Assembly (NCBI RefSeq): GCF_006345805.1
Contig: NC_042999.1
Location: 166,904,001-166,968,000, forward strand
DNA: 64,000 bases
Source of the DNA: Octopus sinensis
Taxonomy: Eukaryota
Direction of reading: 5' to 3'
Below are positions 12,974 through 27,573 of this stretch, one piece after another. Numbering within the stretch: the stretch's first letter is position 1; every line of letters starts with the position of its first letter. The notes beneath the pieces are model-generated. The model was not told where the DNA came from. It ran no database searches and worked only from the letters and a program-made list of their open reading frames with translations. The position numbers and the translations under genes are program-made.

Positions 12974-14345
12974 CATTATTCGGTTTATTTCAAGATTTCT
13001 TGCCAATAGAGAAAGAACCAGTTTCTAACCTAGATTCAGGGCTCCTTCATTGGACTTTTAACATCAACAACAGGGTATTTTTGTTTGTATGTATGTATTT
13101 ATGTATGTATGTATGCATGTATGTATGTATGTATGTATGCATGTATGTATGTATGTATGTATGTAATTATGTATGTATGTATCTATGTATGTATGTGCAG
13201 ATTTGTACGTCTTATGTTTGTATTCTCATGCATACATGCATATCTAGACATGCTCATATATATTCAAGTGATAAACTTCTGGAAAGTTTTACAGATTTTT
13301 ACAGTTCCAGTGATGGATTGTATCTGTAGTCCTCGAATTGGCTCTCTCTCTTCTGGTCCTGAGAATCCCAATTTCTCAAGATTGGTATTTAGGTAGTGTG
13401 TTACATATCCCAGGGCGCCAATAATTACAGGTGTAAACCTGAACTTGTTATCTGGATAGAGTAACTGCAGATTTCTCAATAGCTCAGCATTGTTCTCTTT
13501 TTCACTGAACTTCAGCTTTATGCTAGCTTCCGTTGGGCAGCTAACGTCTACAACTGTGCACAGTTTCTCTTCTCTATCTCATATCATTATATCAGGTCTG
13601 TTGTGCTTACATTTTATTGAGGTCTTCACTGGTACATTCCACTAGTTTTCCTTTTTATTATGAGTGGCTATGGCTTCTACCATATTGTGGGTTTTTATTT
13701 CTTTGTCCTTGGGATTATCCTTCCGACGGATTTCATTATAGAACGTCCTAGCTACAACGTCATCTCTCATCGGTAGATAATATTTGATGACATTTTCGGA
13801 CAACTGCTTATGATGCGGGTAATATCTTCAGTGTGAACTCCACAAAGTCTGCATCAGTTGTCACACTTTACGGCTTTACCCGCATCTCTATCTCTTTTGT
13901 GGTTGATAGTTCCTGTTCCTAGATTGCAAACGCATACCCTTTAAAGTAGGAGGTAGTAATCCGGGTATTGGTCCATGATATACTGCTTTGATGATCGATG
14001 TTACTATCATCACGGAACTTTCTAGTAACATATCCATGCAGTCTTCTGCTCATATAGGCTCATCCTTTCATCTGATGATATATTGCGGTAGAACCGTACG
14101 ACTTCCTTGGGAATGTATTCTAGGTTATCAGACAAAGAGTGTTGCTCAAGGAGCTGCCTTCCAAGTCTTATGATGTTATCAGCCTCATGTATGCAGACTT
14201 GGTCAAGGGATGCACTTCGACACTTGGTGGTTAAAAGATGTTGCTGAAGGGATATGATGCGACATTCAAGGGCATTTTGGATCGACGTTAAGCCTCTTCC
14301 GCCTTGTTGTCGTTTTAGGTAGAGGCGAATTATGTATGTTTATGC
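12974..14345 (-). mobile_element. R4/Dong-like non-LTR retrotransposon 3' part (CCHC knuckle + restriction-like endonuclease), degraded
   Basis: Minus strand reads CRLCGVHTEDITRIISSCP and KHNRPDIMI*DREEKLCTVVDVSCP, then LRNLQLLYPDNKFRFTPVIIGALG. 3' UTR is shared with the 27815, 47410 and 61286 copies. Confidence 0.8.
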
Positions 14346-14939
14346 TAATGTTAAATATAACCACTCCTTGTATGTATGTATTATGTCTGTATGTATGGAA
14401 GTATGTATGTATGTATGTATGTATGTATGTATGTATGTATGTATGTATGTATGTATGTATGTATGTACGCACGCATGTATGTTCTTTTGGTCTTTTTAAT
14501 TTAGAGTAAATTTTGGCCGGCCACCTACTTGGTAGCAAAGTTCTGAAAGAAAATATCTTTAACGCTTAAGCAAGTCTTTCAGATTTGTGCAGTCTCAGAT
14601 ATGATCATTTGAATAAATGATTTGAGTTCTCTTCTCATGAATTCAAATTTAGCCTTACTTTGCTCCAGACAGATTGGTATGTGTCCTTTTGCTCCTATAA
14701 TAAGTAAGAAGGTGAAAGTGCATCTTGGGTACTGCATTTACAGACTTCTTATCAATAGCCCATAGATGTCCTCTTTCTCTTGTGTTTTTGGAACCACATT
14801 GGTGTCTAGAGAGCAGCTGATTTTCATAACAGAGCATATTTTTTCTTTGTGGTCAAACACAACAATATTATGTATACCATTATTCAGTTTATTTCAAGAT
14901 TTCTTGCAAATAGTGAAAAAACCGGTATGTATGTATGTA

Positions 14940-15140
14940 GGAGGACTTAAACGACATGCAAAGGTACATGAAGCCCAGTTACAACTACAGCCGGTTATTA
15001 CCGGTAAAGGTTTTAGTTGCCAATTCTGTACAAGACATTGTAGATCTTTAGCTGGGCTAAAAAGTCACATTCGATCACAGCACCAGTAACAGTTAAGCTT
15101 CGTGCAATGGTCGTACTCGATAACGAGGGGGCAGCCATAA
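14940..15140 (+). mobile_element. RTE-like LINE extreme 3' end with C2H2-type finger
   Basis: FSCQFCTRHCRSLAGLKSHIRSQHQ* followed by gcttcgtgcaatggtcgtactcgataacgagggggcagcc and (TATG)n. The same tail lies on the minus strand at 46745-46790. Confidence 0.65.
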
Positions 15141-15590
15141 TGTATGTATGTATGTATGAATGTATATATGCATATATGTATGTATGTATGTTTGTGTGTA
15201 TTTATGTACGCTCTACGAATTATGAGAGTTTTGGGTGTAGTTAAGAGATGAAATTGAAAGATGTTCACTGACAAATGTGGAAAGCGTATAGGAATGCACC
15301 GCTTCATGCGTACATGTCAAAATGCAAGTTGATATGTGAGTCACAGTATAGGTTTTCTTCCGAAGAGGGAGATTAAGGGCGGGAAAGGTTAGTATTACTA
15401 GCTTACAAGAGGAAAGTACTAAGAGACAGCATGTACAACCACTATTCATTCTTTATTTTCTTTCCTTGCTTCTTTCTGTATTCCTTTCAGTGGAAGAGCG
15501 TAGGCTCGAAACGTTAAAGATTTTTTCACTTCATGAGCGTTAAACTAATACATCTGTTTGTTATCTTCGTCTTTTTTTTCTGTGAATTCT

Positions 15591-15673
<83 letters not shown>

Positions 15674-15764
15674 AACATCACGCTTTGAAACTCGGTGGAC
15701 TAAGGAATTTGATTCAAACAGTGTGTTCATCCATACACACACACACGCATGCACGCGCGTGCAT

Positions 15765-15811
<47 letters not shown>

Positions 15812-15821
15812 TGCACATATA

Positions 15822-16174
<353 letters not shown>

Positions 16175-16269
16175 TCTATCTATATATCTATCTATCTGTG
16201 TGTCTGTCTGTGTGTCTGTCTGTGTGTCTGTCTGTGTGTCTGTCTGTCTATCTATCTATCTGTCTGTCA

Positions 16270-16343
<74 letters not shown>

Positions 16344-16344
16344 A

Positions 16345-17430
16345 TGACCGAACTGCAGTCGTGGATCAAAAAGAGGCCGAGGAAGGGCGAATGGCACCGC
16401 GAGTGTCGCGTTGCTCTCAAGCAACTATGCCGTCACGGGTCGACCTTGAGTGATTTCAACACAACCAAAGCATTCTATAGGGGATTAGTGGAGGGGAGGT
16501 ACGACGACGAGCTCGGGTCGAACTTGGACGTCGACGAGGAATACCGACATGCCTGTTCAGGACGACTTTCGGGCCAGGGCCCATGGACAACTTCCAGAGA
16601 TCCCTGGCCTGGCAGCGCTACCCGTTCGGGATAAGCTCTACAGACACGGCTCGAGAGACACGGGGCCGACCTGCCCGAGATGCGGTCAGAGCGACGAAAC
16701 CGTTCTGACGCACTCGTGCAGTGTCCAACAATCTCCGCCCTGTGGGCTTATGTCGAACGACTGCTGTCATGTGTGGGACGAGTCGGTTTATCAGCCGAGT
16801 CTATCGTCAATATTGTCACGCCTTCTTCCTTCAAACGGGAAGGAAGCGCTATTTTCATCATACTTGTGGTTATGGCGAAAGAATGTATCTGATGGACGCG
16901 TCTGAAAGGATTAGAGACAAACACTTTACTCTCTGGTCAATCTCTCATCAACTTCTTCAAGTATCACTTGAAAAGGAAAGTGAGAGTAGAGAGGCAAGTT
17001 TTCTCTAGCGAATGTCTTAAAAAAAGACGGGTGAATGTAGCAAGGATGGCACGTATGAATGACGAAGCCACTTCGTCATTCATAGCATAATCCTATGAAC
17101 TCAGAAAAAATTAAAACAGAGGGTTACCTACTTACAAATGTGGTAACATGTAACATTATTCACCGAGGCTACCGTGGTCTTTTCCGTAGGCTTTTCTTTC
17201 CACGGATAAACCTTATCTGCTTCTCCCATTACAATTTCTGTGATACGCAATCCCTATTGATCGTTTTTTTCCTTTCCTTTTTTCCGTTTTTTCTTTTTTC
17301 TTTCCCCTTTACGATCCCTGTTGATCGAAAACCTACCCCACTTTTTTTTTCTCTCCCCAAAAAGAAAAGCTCTACTTTGTAGTCTGTCCCGTCTGTGTTC
17401 AGCCCTGTGTGGCTAATAAAGAAACATGTG
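16345..17430 (+). mobile_element. L1/Tx1-like LINE 3' end (RT-associated zinc finger), frameshifted
   Basis: [12 protein letters not shown]...TCPRCGQSDETVL.H..VQCP (zf-RVT-like). T-rich 3' UTR ending aataaagaaacat. Confidence 0.8.
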
Positions 17431-17512
17431 TCTATCTAATTGTCTCTCTGTCTGTACAAACATATAAACACAGACACGCATGCAAATAGATGTGTCTATA
17501 TATTACATATGC

Positions 17513-17547
<35 letters not shown>

Positions 17548-17806
17548 ATAATATACAATATAGGATGAAGTCCCTTTCTCTACACAGAAAAGGAATCCAT
17601 CAGGAAGCGTCAATTCTCCTGTAGCAAGCGGATTATAAGTGGATAACTCAGTGTATTGGCTTTAGAATAACCCTCTTTAGCCCTTATTATATGATATATA
17701 TATATATATAGTTAATCCAAACAAAAAACACAGAACAAAACACAGCAACGCGAGGTGGTGGAACAATTAAAGTATTATTCGACGCTCAGGAAAGAAGGGA
17801 AGGAGG

Positions 17807-17841
17807 GTTTAACGTTTCGAGCGGAGCTCTTCGTCGGAAAC
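17807..17841 (-). ncRNA. Ultra-minimal hammerhead-like motif in Penelope-type pLTR
   Basis: Minus strand: gttt-CCGACGA-a-gagc-tcc-gctc-GAAACGTT-aaac, with palindromic AACGTT as stem III. Confidence 0.5.
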
Positions 17842-18152
17842 AAAGGAGAAGGAAAGATCCCGAGAAGGGAAGACAGAGGAAAAAATTTTTTTGCTGGTGG
17901 TGCTCAAGAGATCACATGTTGATATATATATATATATATATATATATGCATGTATATACATAGAGAATGATATATACATTCATACATGCATACATATATA
18001 CATAGTCGCATACACATACGCATACAGACACTTCTGTACATAGATATTTATGCATGTCCAAAATATTTTTTTATCTTTGCATCAACAATCATGCATGATC
18101 ATATGCATACAGTTAAGTATAAGTTAAGACACGGATATGTCATATATATATG

Positions 18153-18183
<31 letters not shown>

Positions 18184-18210
18184 GTATATATTTATATGTA
18201 TGTATATATA

Positions 18211-18251
<41 letters not shown>

Positions 18252-19140
18252 TATAAGAGTGGTCCACTATATGGCTCACTCTAGCACCAGTTAATCCAAA
18301 AGGTTTCAACCACAAAAATACATGTTTCCCATGAAAGTCAGTACGATTGTTAGCTCACACGGACAGGGCAATAAAAAATAACAAAAATACAGATTATTTT
18401 GAACATGTATTTTTGTGGTTGAAACCTTTTGGATTAACTGGTGCTAGAGTGAGCCATATAGTGACCACTCTCTTATATTTATTTTGTAAAAATATAATAT
18501 ATTATAAGATATTATAATAATCCAGGTTTCTCGGAGCACTAGGCCACTTGGTGTTGAATAGATATACTATTAAATTAGTATCTAATTCTCTCACCCTTAT
18601 TAATTAATTATAATTATGCTGCATTTATTTCTAAATGCTGTATTTGTTTTCCGTGAGAGTTTGGCGCGCTGTTAGTTGGGGCATTTGAATTATAACGTCG
18701 GATTAATCAATTGAACCACACGCGTATTTATCGTTATGGTAAAATCTGGCGTGTGATTGAGTGGATTTCATCCAGATAGTTTTGGCTGACGAGCTACAAG
18801 TGGATTTTTTTGTAAGTAAAATTCATTTAATTCATTAATAGCGAAACAATTGTCCCAAAATAATCTGTATTTTTGTTATTTTTTATTTGCCCTGTCCGTG
18901 TGAGCTAACAATCGTACTGACTTTCATGGGAACATGTATTTTTGTGGTTATGAAACCTTTTGGATAACTGGTGCTAGAGTGAGCCATATAGTGACCACTC
19001 TCTTATATTTATTTTGTAAAAATATAATATATTATAAGATATTATAATAATCCAGGTTTCTCGGAGCACTAGGCCACTTGGTGTTGAATAGATATACTAT
19101 TAAATTAGTATCTAATTCTCTCACCCTTATTATTAATTAT
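18252..19140 (+). mobile_element. Non-coding hammerhead-bearing retroelement (retrozyme or non-autonomous Penelope-like) with ~529-nt period and 5' inversion
   Basis: Direct repeat 18402-18610 = 18931-19140. Inverted copy 18252-18401 of 18856-19005. Hammerhead at 18780-18860. (TA)n on both sides. Confidence 0.75.
18780..18860 (+). ncRNA. Type I minimal hammerhead ribozyme
   Basis: ttttgg-CTGACGA(18786-18792)-gcta...tagc-GAAAC-AATT-GTC-ccaaaa. Perfect 6-bp stem I, canonical core, predicted cleavage after C18854. Confidence 0.88.
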
Positions 19141-19166
19141 ATATATATATATATTATATATATATA

Positions 19167-19197
<31 letters not shown>

Positions 19198-19304
19198 ATA
19201 TGTATATATATGTTATATGTATATGTATATATGTGTGTAGATATTTATATATATATATTTATATGTATATGTATCTGTGTGTATGTACATGTGTATGTGT
19301 GTAT

Positions 19305-20430
19305 CGAGGCCGAGGAAGGGCGAATGGCACCGCGAGTGTTGCGTTGCTCTCAAGCAACTCTGCCGTCCCGGGTCGACCTTGAGTGACTTCAATACAACCA
19401 AAGCATTCTATAGGGGATTAGTGGAGGGGAGGTACGACGACGATCTTGGGGCAAACCTGGGTGTCCTCGAGGAATACCTGACCCACCTGTTTGAAACGAC
19501 TTTCGGGCCGGGACCTATGAACAACTTCCAGAGATCCCTGGCCTGGCGGTGCTACCGAGAAGCGCTACCCGTTCGGGATAAGCTCTATAGGCATGGCTCG
19601 AGAAACGCGGGGCCGACCTGCCCGAGATGATTGCAGAGCGACGAAACCGCTCTGCACGCAATCGTGCAGTGTCCAACAATCTCCGACTTGTGGGCTTATG
19701 TCGAACGACTGCTGTTACGTGTGGGACGTGTGGGTTTATCAGTCGAGTCTATCGTTAATATCGTCACGCCTGCTTCCTTCAAACGGGAAGGAAGAGCTAT
19801 TTTTATCATACTTGTGGCTATGGCGAAAGAATGTATCTGGTGGACGCGCCTGAAAGGATTAGAGACAAACACTTTCCTCTCTGGTCAATCTCTCATCAAC
19901 TTCTTCAAGTATCACTTGAAGAGGAAGTGAGAGTAGAGAGGCAAGTTTTGTCTAGTGAATGTTTTAAAAAAAGATGGGTGAAGTAGCAAGGATGGCACGT
20001 ATGAATGACGAAGCCACCATGACTATGATTCTATGAACCGTAAAAATTAATACAGAGAGTTGCTTATTTGCAAAAAAAAAAAAAAAGAAATATAACATGT
20101 GACTTCATTGACCGAGGTTACCGTGGTCTTTTCCGTAGGCTTTTCTTTCTACGGGTAAACCTCACCTGTCCTCCACTTTACACTTCATATTGACATTTCT
20201 GTGATAACGATCCCTATTGATCAATTTTTTTCCTTTCCCTTTCACCCCCCTTTTTATTTTTTATTTTATTTATTTTTTAATTTTATCCCCCCCTTTTTGA
20301 CCTCTTTCTTTCCTTTTACGATCCCTTTTGATCGAAAACTAAACCCCCTTTTTTTACCCCCAAAAGAAAAGCTCTACCTTGTAATTTGTCCTGTCTGTGT
20401 GCAGCCCTGTGTGGCTAATAAAGAAACATA
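19305..20430 (+). mobile_element. L1/Tx1-like LINE 3' end, second copy
   Basis: [18 protein letters not shown]...TCPR*LQSDETALHAIVQCP. Highly similar to 16345-17430 and ends in (TCTA)n. Confidence 0.8.
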
Positions 20431-20434
20431 TCTA

Positions 20435-20490
<56 letters not shown>

Positions 20491-20511
20491 GTCTGTCTGT
20501 CTGTCTGTCTA

Positions 20512-20561
<50 letters not shown>

Positions 20562-22545
20562 CGGCAGCCAATTTCCAGTAAAAAGAAGTCTTATCACTGG
20601 GTCCTAGTAATTATATAACCCATAATAACTTCAACAGTATCACAGTTGCCAGTGAACAGAATGTCTTAGCTGCTGATTTTTTCCCCTTTCGGTAATAATA
20701 GAATGAAGAACTTCTAGATACGGTTCATTTCATGTTGATCTTTAGTATAAACGTTTCTATAGTAACGAAATTCCATCAGGTAGGCATCAGCGTGAGAGCT
20801 TATTCCATCATGAATATTGCTTTTCTTTTTGGGTCGATAGCAGCAGATGATATGCTGCTAACGTTCTCTCTTGCTTTGCAGTCAGTCTCCATCGTCTGCC
20901 TGTCTTGTGTCAACTTCAGTGACTCAGATTGAACAGTATTTTTTCGTTTTCTTTTCTTCCGTTTGGCTTTTTTTTCTTTATATTTTCATTTTCATCTGAA
21001 AATAAATTTGTTTGCGTTGTGTCCGTCAACGAAAATAATAATTTGTTTATTGAATGCTAGACAAATTGCTATGTTACAATGTCATTTATATGAATGTAGA
21101 AAACGAATGTAATTTTTCGAGAAAATTTTGTCAATTTCTGGTGTTATTTGATATAATGGAGGGAATTTTAATAAAGAAACATTCGAAGTCGGGATATTTA
21201 TATTACAGTTTTTGGTGCTTTTAAAATACTATATCAAACTAGTGTATAACTCCCTGGAATTGTTAAAAACTTATGAAAATGACCAGCAATCTTGTGTGGG
21301 ATGTTATTGTATAAAAATTCATTTAGAATAAAAATCATGTGACGGATGTGTCCCAACAATTTTACTGTTTACATGGATTATTAGTCCTTTATCTAGATTC
21401 TTTGTAAACATGTTCACTTTTGTAAGTCGTGGCAGTTGAAAAAATGTTCAGTGGTTCACATTGCTTTTTAAGATGACGTTTCATAAAACGAAACAGTAAA
21501 TGTTATCTGTCCTGGGAAAATATATTTCATACAGCTTTAAAGATATGTTTTTAGAAGATACCCTACTTTCTCAGTAGAAACCATTTCATAAACTCATTTC
21601 TCTGACACTCCTCTCCCCTCTTCTTTCTGTTTGTCTTCCTGTCTTTGTCCTCAGTCTTCTTAACTCTTTTCCCTAACTATACCAAATCTGGTGTAAAATT
21701 CTCATTAACATACTATATAGTTATGTTTACAAGATACACAAGTATACGGCAGAAAATAAATGCACGAACGGATACAACTTAGTCTTGAAAAATGTCAGAA
21801 GTTAATGCATTTTGATATGCAAAGAAACCAGTTGTTTTCACAGATAAACGATAATAAACAACGTGTTTGATATTACGTATATATACACTGTATTAACTGC
21901 TGTTACCGGGATATAGGCGGCCGGCTGGCAGAATCGTTAAAGAGGCGGGAAAAATATTTTCAGGCTCGATAAAATGAGGTACCAATCAAATACTAAGGTC
22001 GATGATAGCATCACCCCTTTAAAATTGCTGGTCTTGTGCCAAAATCAGAAATCATACTTTATCGAAATATCGCATAAGGTGGCGAAATGACAGAATCGCT
22101 TGAGTGTCGGAAGGAATACTTAATTGTATTTATTCCAGTTCTCTGCTTGTCGTCTGTGATTCTGTGTTCAAATCTCACTGAGTTCAACATTGTCTTTCAA
22201 TGTTTCGGGGTTGATAAATAAAATACCAGTCCAGGTTGGTGGTTTTACAGAATTATATATTTCTTCATCAAGGCCCAGAACCTCTATGCTCGCATCTTCG
22301 ACGACGGTGCAGACAGAAATCGGGCTCGTGAACGAAACGAAATCGATAATATCAAGGAGTGGATGAAGTAGACTCTGGCAAAGTGTAGGCTGAAGAATGA
22401 GGGTTGTGTACTATTTGTTTAGCATCGGAGAAGCACAATTATGTTCATTGTATATTGCTAATATCCCTCCTGAGAAAGGATTTATTTTGCACTTTTTTTA
22501 ATACCCCACATGATATTTATTAAAACTTAAAGAAATAGTCTTCTA

Positions 22546-22968
22546 AAATTACTTCGTATCCTCAGAAGATCAGGAAAACGGAGATTGCGCACGTGATGTT
22601 AGGGCATCAAATTTATTTTTCACTGTGCTAGTTTACATATCTGAATATTCAGTTCATATATTTGTAGTAACTATTTGGAGTACTTAGATATTCATGTTAA
22701 TATGGTAAAATTGGGTTTCATATGAAATACATAGAATTTCACATGGTATTTTCAGTTGAAACTCATGAAATTAACTTCCGTCCTAGTTGAGACAACATTA
22801 TTCTCTCTTGTCAATGTTTGTCACTCTTCAATGGAGAATCCTCGCTGCAGCTAAGTTGCAATTTACTGTGAAATTTTTTTCCTGACTAGCGAACATACTT
22901 AAAGTGGCAACCTATTTTAAATTACTTCGTATCCTCAGAAGATCAGGAAAACGGAGATTGCGCACGTG
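22546..22968. repeat. Identical 50-bp direct repeat pair (22546-22595, 22919-22968)
   Basis: aaattacttcgtatcctcagaagatcaggaaaacggagattgcgcacgtg occurs twice, 373 bp apart. Confidence 0.85.
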
Positions 22969-23143
22969 TTTGTTTGTTTGTTTGTGTGTGCGTGTGTGTA
23001 TTTATATTTGTATGTATTTCTGTATAAAATTTATGTATAAATATGTGCATTTATATATATTTATATAAAGGTATTTATGCGTATATACGTATATACATAT
23101 ACATCCATCCATCCATCCATACATATATACATACATACATACA

Positions 23144-23229
<86 letters not shown>

Positions 23230-24117
23230 GTTCAAAGTGACAAAAAAAAAAAGGAAAAATAATCGGTATAGCCTCTTTAATACTGTGTGCTTATCGGAAT
23301 TGATTTGATAATATTTATCGAGAAAAAAAAAACCCCCATCAAATAATGATATTTTTTGTGTGTCACGAAGAAACTATCCTACTATTGCCATTATGAGGAG
23401 AAATATTGACTGTCAACCGATTACGTTTTAGAGAATACGAAAACTATTGATTTTGTTGTGTACTTCATTATTACTCAGCCGGGAAGCAAATTTGTGTGGT
23501 CAACGGATATAGGAAATGAAAGAGAAAAAATGTGTACCGAATGCAACAATGATTGGAAATTGTCGCAATTTAGGAAAGAAAGATGAAATAAAATAGACCA
23601 AAACACAGATATTTCAATGTGTATAAATAGCAATTTGTGCCTTTTACTGCACCAGAAATAGTCATAGATTGAAATAAAAAGAATGTCATGAAAAGTAATA
23701 GGTTATTTTATGCAGTAGATGGTAGGTTGACTAAATGTGGCACCTTGCATTCAGAAATGTATTGATCAGCGTTTTCAGGTCGACAAGATGTAGTCTATGA
23801 GTGAAACATTGATCTTTTGCATTTTATAAGATCAAGTTATGCACTCAATTTATATGCATTAATGTGTATACATACATTTACATACGTACATACATACGTA
23901 TACATACATATATACGAACACTCCACACTCGCACCTTCACTCATACACACACATACAGGCACCCACGCCCAGACATTGAAAAGCTTGTAAGGGCGTAACC
24001 TGATAATTCTTGTTTACGGGGTGAGGTGGGTGGGTGGGTGGACGTATTGATCACAGTTAAGTTCACATACACATAAATATACAAACGCATACACACACAA
24101 GCCCATATATATGTACG

Positions 24118-24148
<31 letters not shown>

Positions 24149-24271
24149 GTACGTACATACATGCATACACGCATGCATACATATATATGTACGTGTGTGT
24201 ATATATATATATATGTATGTGTGTGTGTGCATATATATATATATATAAACAATTGCAGCTTGGAATATGTA

Positions 24272-24342
<71 letters not shown>

Positions 24343-25744
24343 ACTCGTATGTCTGTCTATGCATATAAGCCGAGCGTTCAATTTGTGCACCTGTGCGTTT
24401 ATATTTAACTTTGAGACTTGGACATAGTTAGCTTGCGCAAGTGCAATCAGTCGTTGTCTCTGCATACCTGATCCCAATAAGTTTCAGGGGTCATCAGGAG
24501 AAAATGTGCTCTGTTTCCGGGCTTCCATCTCCACGATTTTATAGCGCACTCCCCACGTGCCTAACTGATGTAAGGCTCCACTGACTGACTAATATTCGAC
24601 CGAAAAGTCATTTTAGGATCATCACCTTCCATCATTCCTTTTCAGACAGATTCAATGGCTAGCTTTCTCACCCGTCACCTGATTCTCTTTCAGGATGGCT
24701 TTTGCATGCCGATGTTTGACGCCAATAGTTAATGGTTAATTGCGCTACCTGGTGAAATAAAGTAGATTATTATTTAAACGATATTTGTCTCACCATAGCC
24801 CACTAAAGCTAGAAGTTGTTTTCCGAAACATATTTATGTGTCGCTGAATTGTCTGATATGTGTTACAAGAGTTGCAGGAGTACTGCTGGGTAATTCGTTT
24901 CTCTCATTTGTTTCGGCTTCGGTTTTGAATGAATTTGGGTCAACCGAGAGAAATAGCTGCGCCTTGTATGTTCGGTTATTGTAAGGGCTGCATGGTCCGG
25001 TGTTCCAACCGTGAGTGATTTTTTTCAACTCGATACTAACATCAATTTGACCACGGCAATATATTTTCTACATTACACAAATGATTCAGTGTTCACAATG
25101 GCGCTGGAGAAAACGTTTGCATGTTTTCAATCGAATCTGGTCAAGATTTGTTAAACCATCATTTTTTTATTAGCCTCAGCGGTGTATAAATTCTTATATT
25201 TTGTTTTGTATAGCGACAGCTCAGATATATAATATTTAGTGTTTTATCGCTTCTTTGTAATAACAGCACCCTAACCTAGATACATTCATCTCCAAATACT
25301 GCGTCCGAAGAAACATTTATATTATATTTAAGACTTTTTAAAATATATTTATAGGTCTTTTCTGTTCTCTGATTTTAAGTTGCATAATTAATGTATACCT
25401 GTGAGAGCGGTGACCTTTAAAATAAAGTTTTTACTATACTTAGAGAATATATATATATGTTTGTATGTATGTATGTATGTATGTATGTATGTATGTATGT
25501 ATGTATGTATGTATGTATGTATGTATGTATATGTCCATCTGTCTTGTCTTACTGCTTAACTCCTTGAGTGGCTGTCTTCTACGAATTCTTTTCGGTTATA
25601 TCATTCTATAACAGCTAGATTAGTTATGACTTCTACAACCAAAAGGGACGCCGATGTTGTTTTTTTTTTACTTTCCTTCCTTCTCGTTCCATTTTTTGCA
25701 TCAACCTTCTTCGCGGTTTTCGTCTCTAGGGGAAATGAAACAAA

Positions 25745-25935
25745 TCTCTATGAAAATATGAGAGACTTCGAGCTTTTATATGTAGGTTGTAGTGTTTCAC
25801 CTGTACTGATCATCATAGGTGCACTGGGCCACGTAACAACGGGTTTGTATTAAAAAAAAGCAATACGGGGTTTCTCCTCGTGGGAACAAATCAAAGTAAT
25901 TCACGTTCATCAAATTCAATCGATTTGTGGTGTAA
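25745..25935 (+). mobile_element. Old R4/Dong-like endonuclease C-terminal fragment
   Basis: MRDFELLY...SPVLIIIGALGHVTTGL resembles LRNLQLLY...PVIIGALGYVT. Confidence 0.5.
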
Positions 25936-26207
25936 GGCATTCCAGTGATTCACCGTTTGAGGTTTCTGGGCTGAATACAAATACACAATCACTTGAACAT
26001 ATGGAATACATAAATACAGTGAGAAGGAGAAAGAAAAAAGAGAGAGGGAAAAAGAAAAAGAGAGATAGAAAAAAGAAAGAGAGAAAGAGAGAGAGAAAGA
26101 GAGAGAAAGCTATAACTGTCTTGACTTAAACAAGAACCTTGTCAGTTTGTTGGTGATCGACTTGAATTTTGTTAAGGAGAAAAAATTTACCCAGACAGTC
26201 CTACCTA

Positions 26208-26250
<43 letters not shown>

Positions 26251-27364
26251 AGACACAGACACAGACACACACACACACACACACACATGCATACATGCAT
26301 TCATATGTCAAATACTAAATTGAGAGATTATGAAATATTTTTCGGTAGAGCTCTATATTTAGTTATTTTTACAAGAAAAAGGTTGACAGTGGCTTCGAAG
26401 TTTCGCTTTAGGTTGTGATCAGACTGCGCTTTAGTTTGCTATGCGCAAACATATGTATGTATTGGTCTCCATACATTTATAGGTGCATTTGTGTATGTTC
26501 GCTGTTAATTATAGACAAAATTTAATATTTGTTACAAATTATGGCTCAAGGCCAGTGATTTCGGGGAGGGGCTAAATTGATTACATCGACCCCAGTGTTT
26601 AACTGGTGCTTATTTTATCGACCCCGAAAAGATGAAAGGTAAAGTCGACCTCAGTGGATTTTGAACTCAGAAAGTAAAGAAAGATGAAATGATGCTCTGC
26701 ATTTTGCCCGGCGTGCAAACCTTTCTTCCATTTTACCGCCTTAGGCAAACCATTAATATTGACCACTAACTTGACTAGCTATTGCTAGTGTCCGTATACA
26801 AATCTGTTAAACTTATATTTATAAACATTCTAGAGTGAAGCCTAAAAGCCGTACATTAACGACCTCTGATGTCTTATATTTTCAAAGCTATAAGAAATTC
26901 TGAATACATTAAAGAAAACCTTTAACTTCTATATACATGTACTAGCGTTCGGCTTACATATAAATTATTTCTGTTTGACATACTTTTACTTTGTTTCTTT
27001 AAATGCATCTAAAATCTACCAAGGAAAAACCAAATATCAAAACAATTACAAACATACATCTAATTACAAACACACACAGACACACACAGACACACACATG
27101 CATACACATTCACTCACACACACCCAAACGTACGTATACATTTATGCTTATACATATGACTATATGTGTGTATTCGATGAACCTAAACACGTGTTCGATG
27201 AACCTAAACATAAAGAAACAGCTGTCACTTAGACTCATTGTAACCAGCCTAGTCACTGCTATCAAACCAACAAATATTTTTGTCAAGCAGAAAAATTGAT
27301 TTTGCCATCTTTTTGTCACTACCTCAGCCTCTAAACTTATTATTTCTTCTTCTTATACAACTAC

Positions 27365-27573
27365 TCTTTACTCTTTTACTTGTTTCAGTCATTTGACTGC
27401 GGCCATGCTGGAGCACCGCCTTTAGTCGAGCAAATCGACCCCGGGACTTATTCTTTTTGTAAGCCCAGTACTTATTCTATCGGTCTCTTTTGCCGAACCG
27501 CTAGTTGACGGGGACGTAAACACACCAGCATCGGTTGTCAAGCAATGCTAGGGAGACAAACACAGACACACAA

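Noticed and set aside
12245-13329. Long ORFs (236-327 aa) of MYVC repeats and the many YI/HT/CV/LSIY ORFs throughout the window
   Set aside because: They are translations of (TATG)n, (TA)n, (CA)n and (TATC)n microsatellites.
14940-15089. Host C2H2 zinc-finger gene exon
   Set aside because: It is followed directly by a LINE tail that also occurs at 46745 and is embedded in (TATG)n; this fits an RTE-like ORF C-terminus.
22251-22371. Short GC-richer reading frame after ttacag (IIYFFIKAQNLYARIFDDGADRNRARERNEIDNIKEWMK*)
   Set aside because: No recognisable homology; it adjoins a SINE and may be a repeat fragment.
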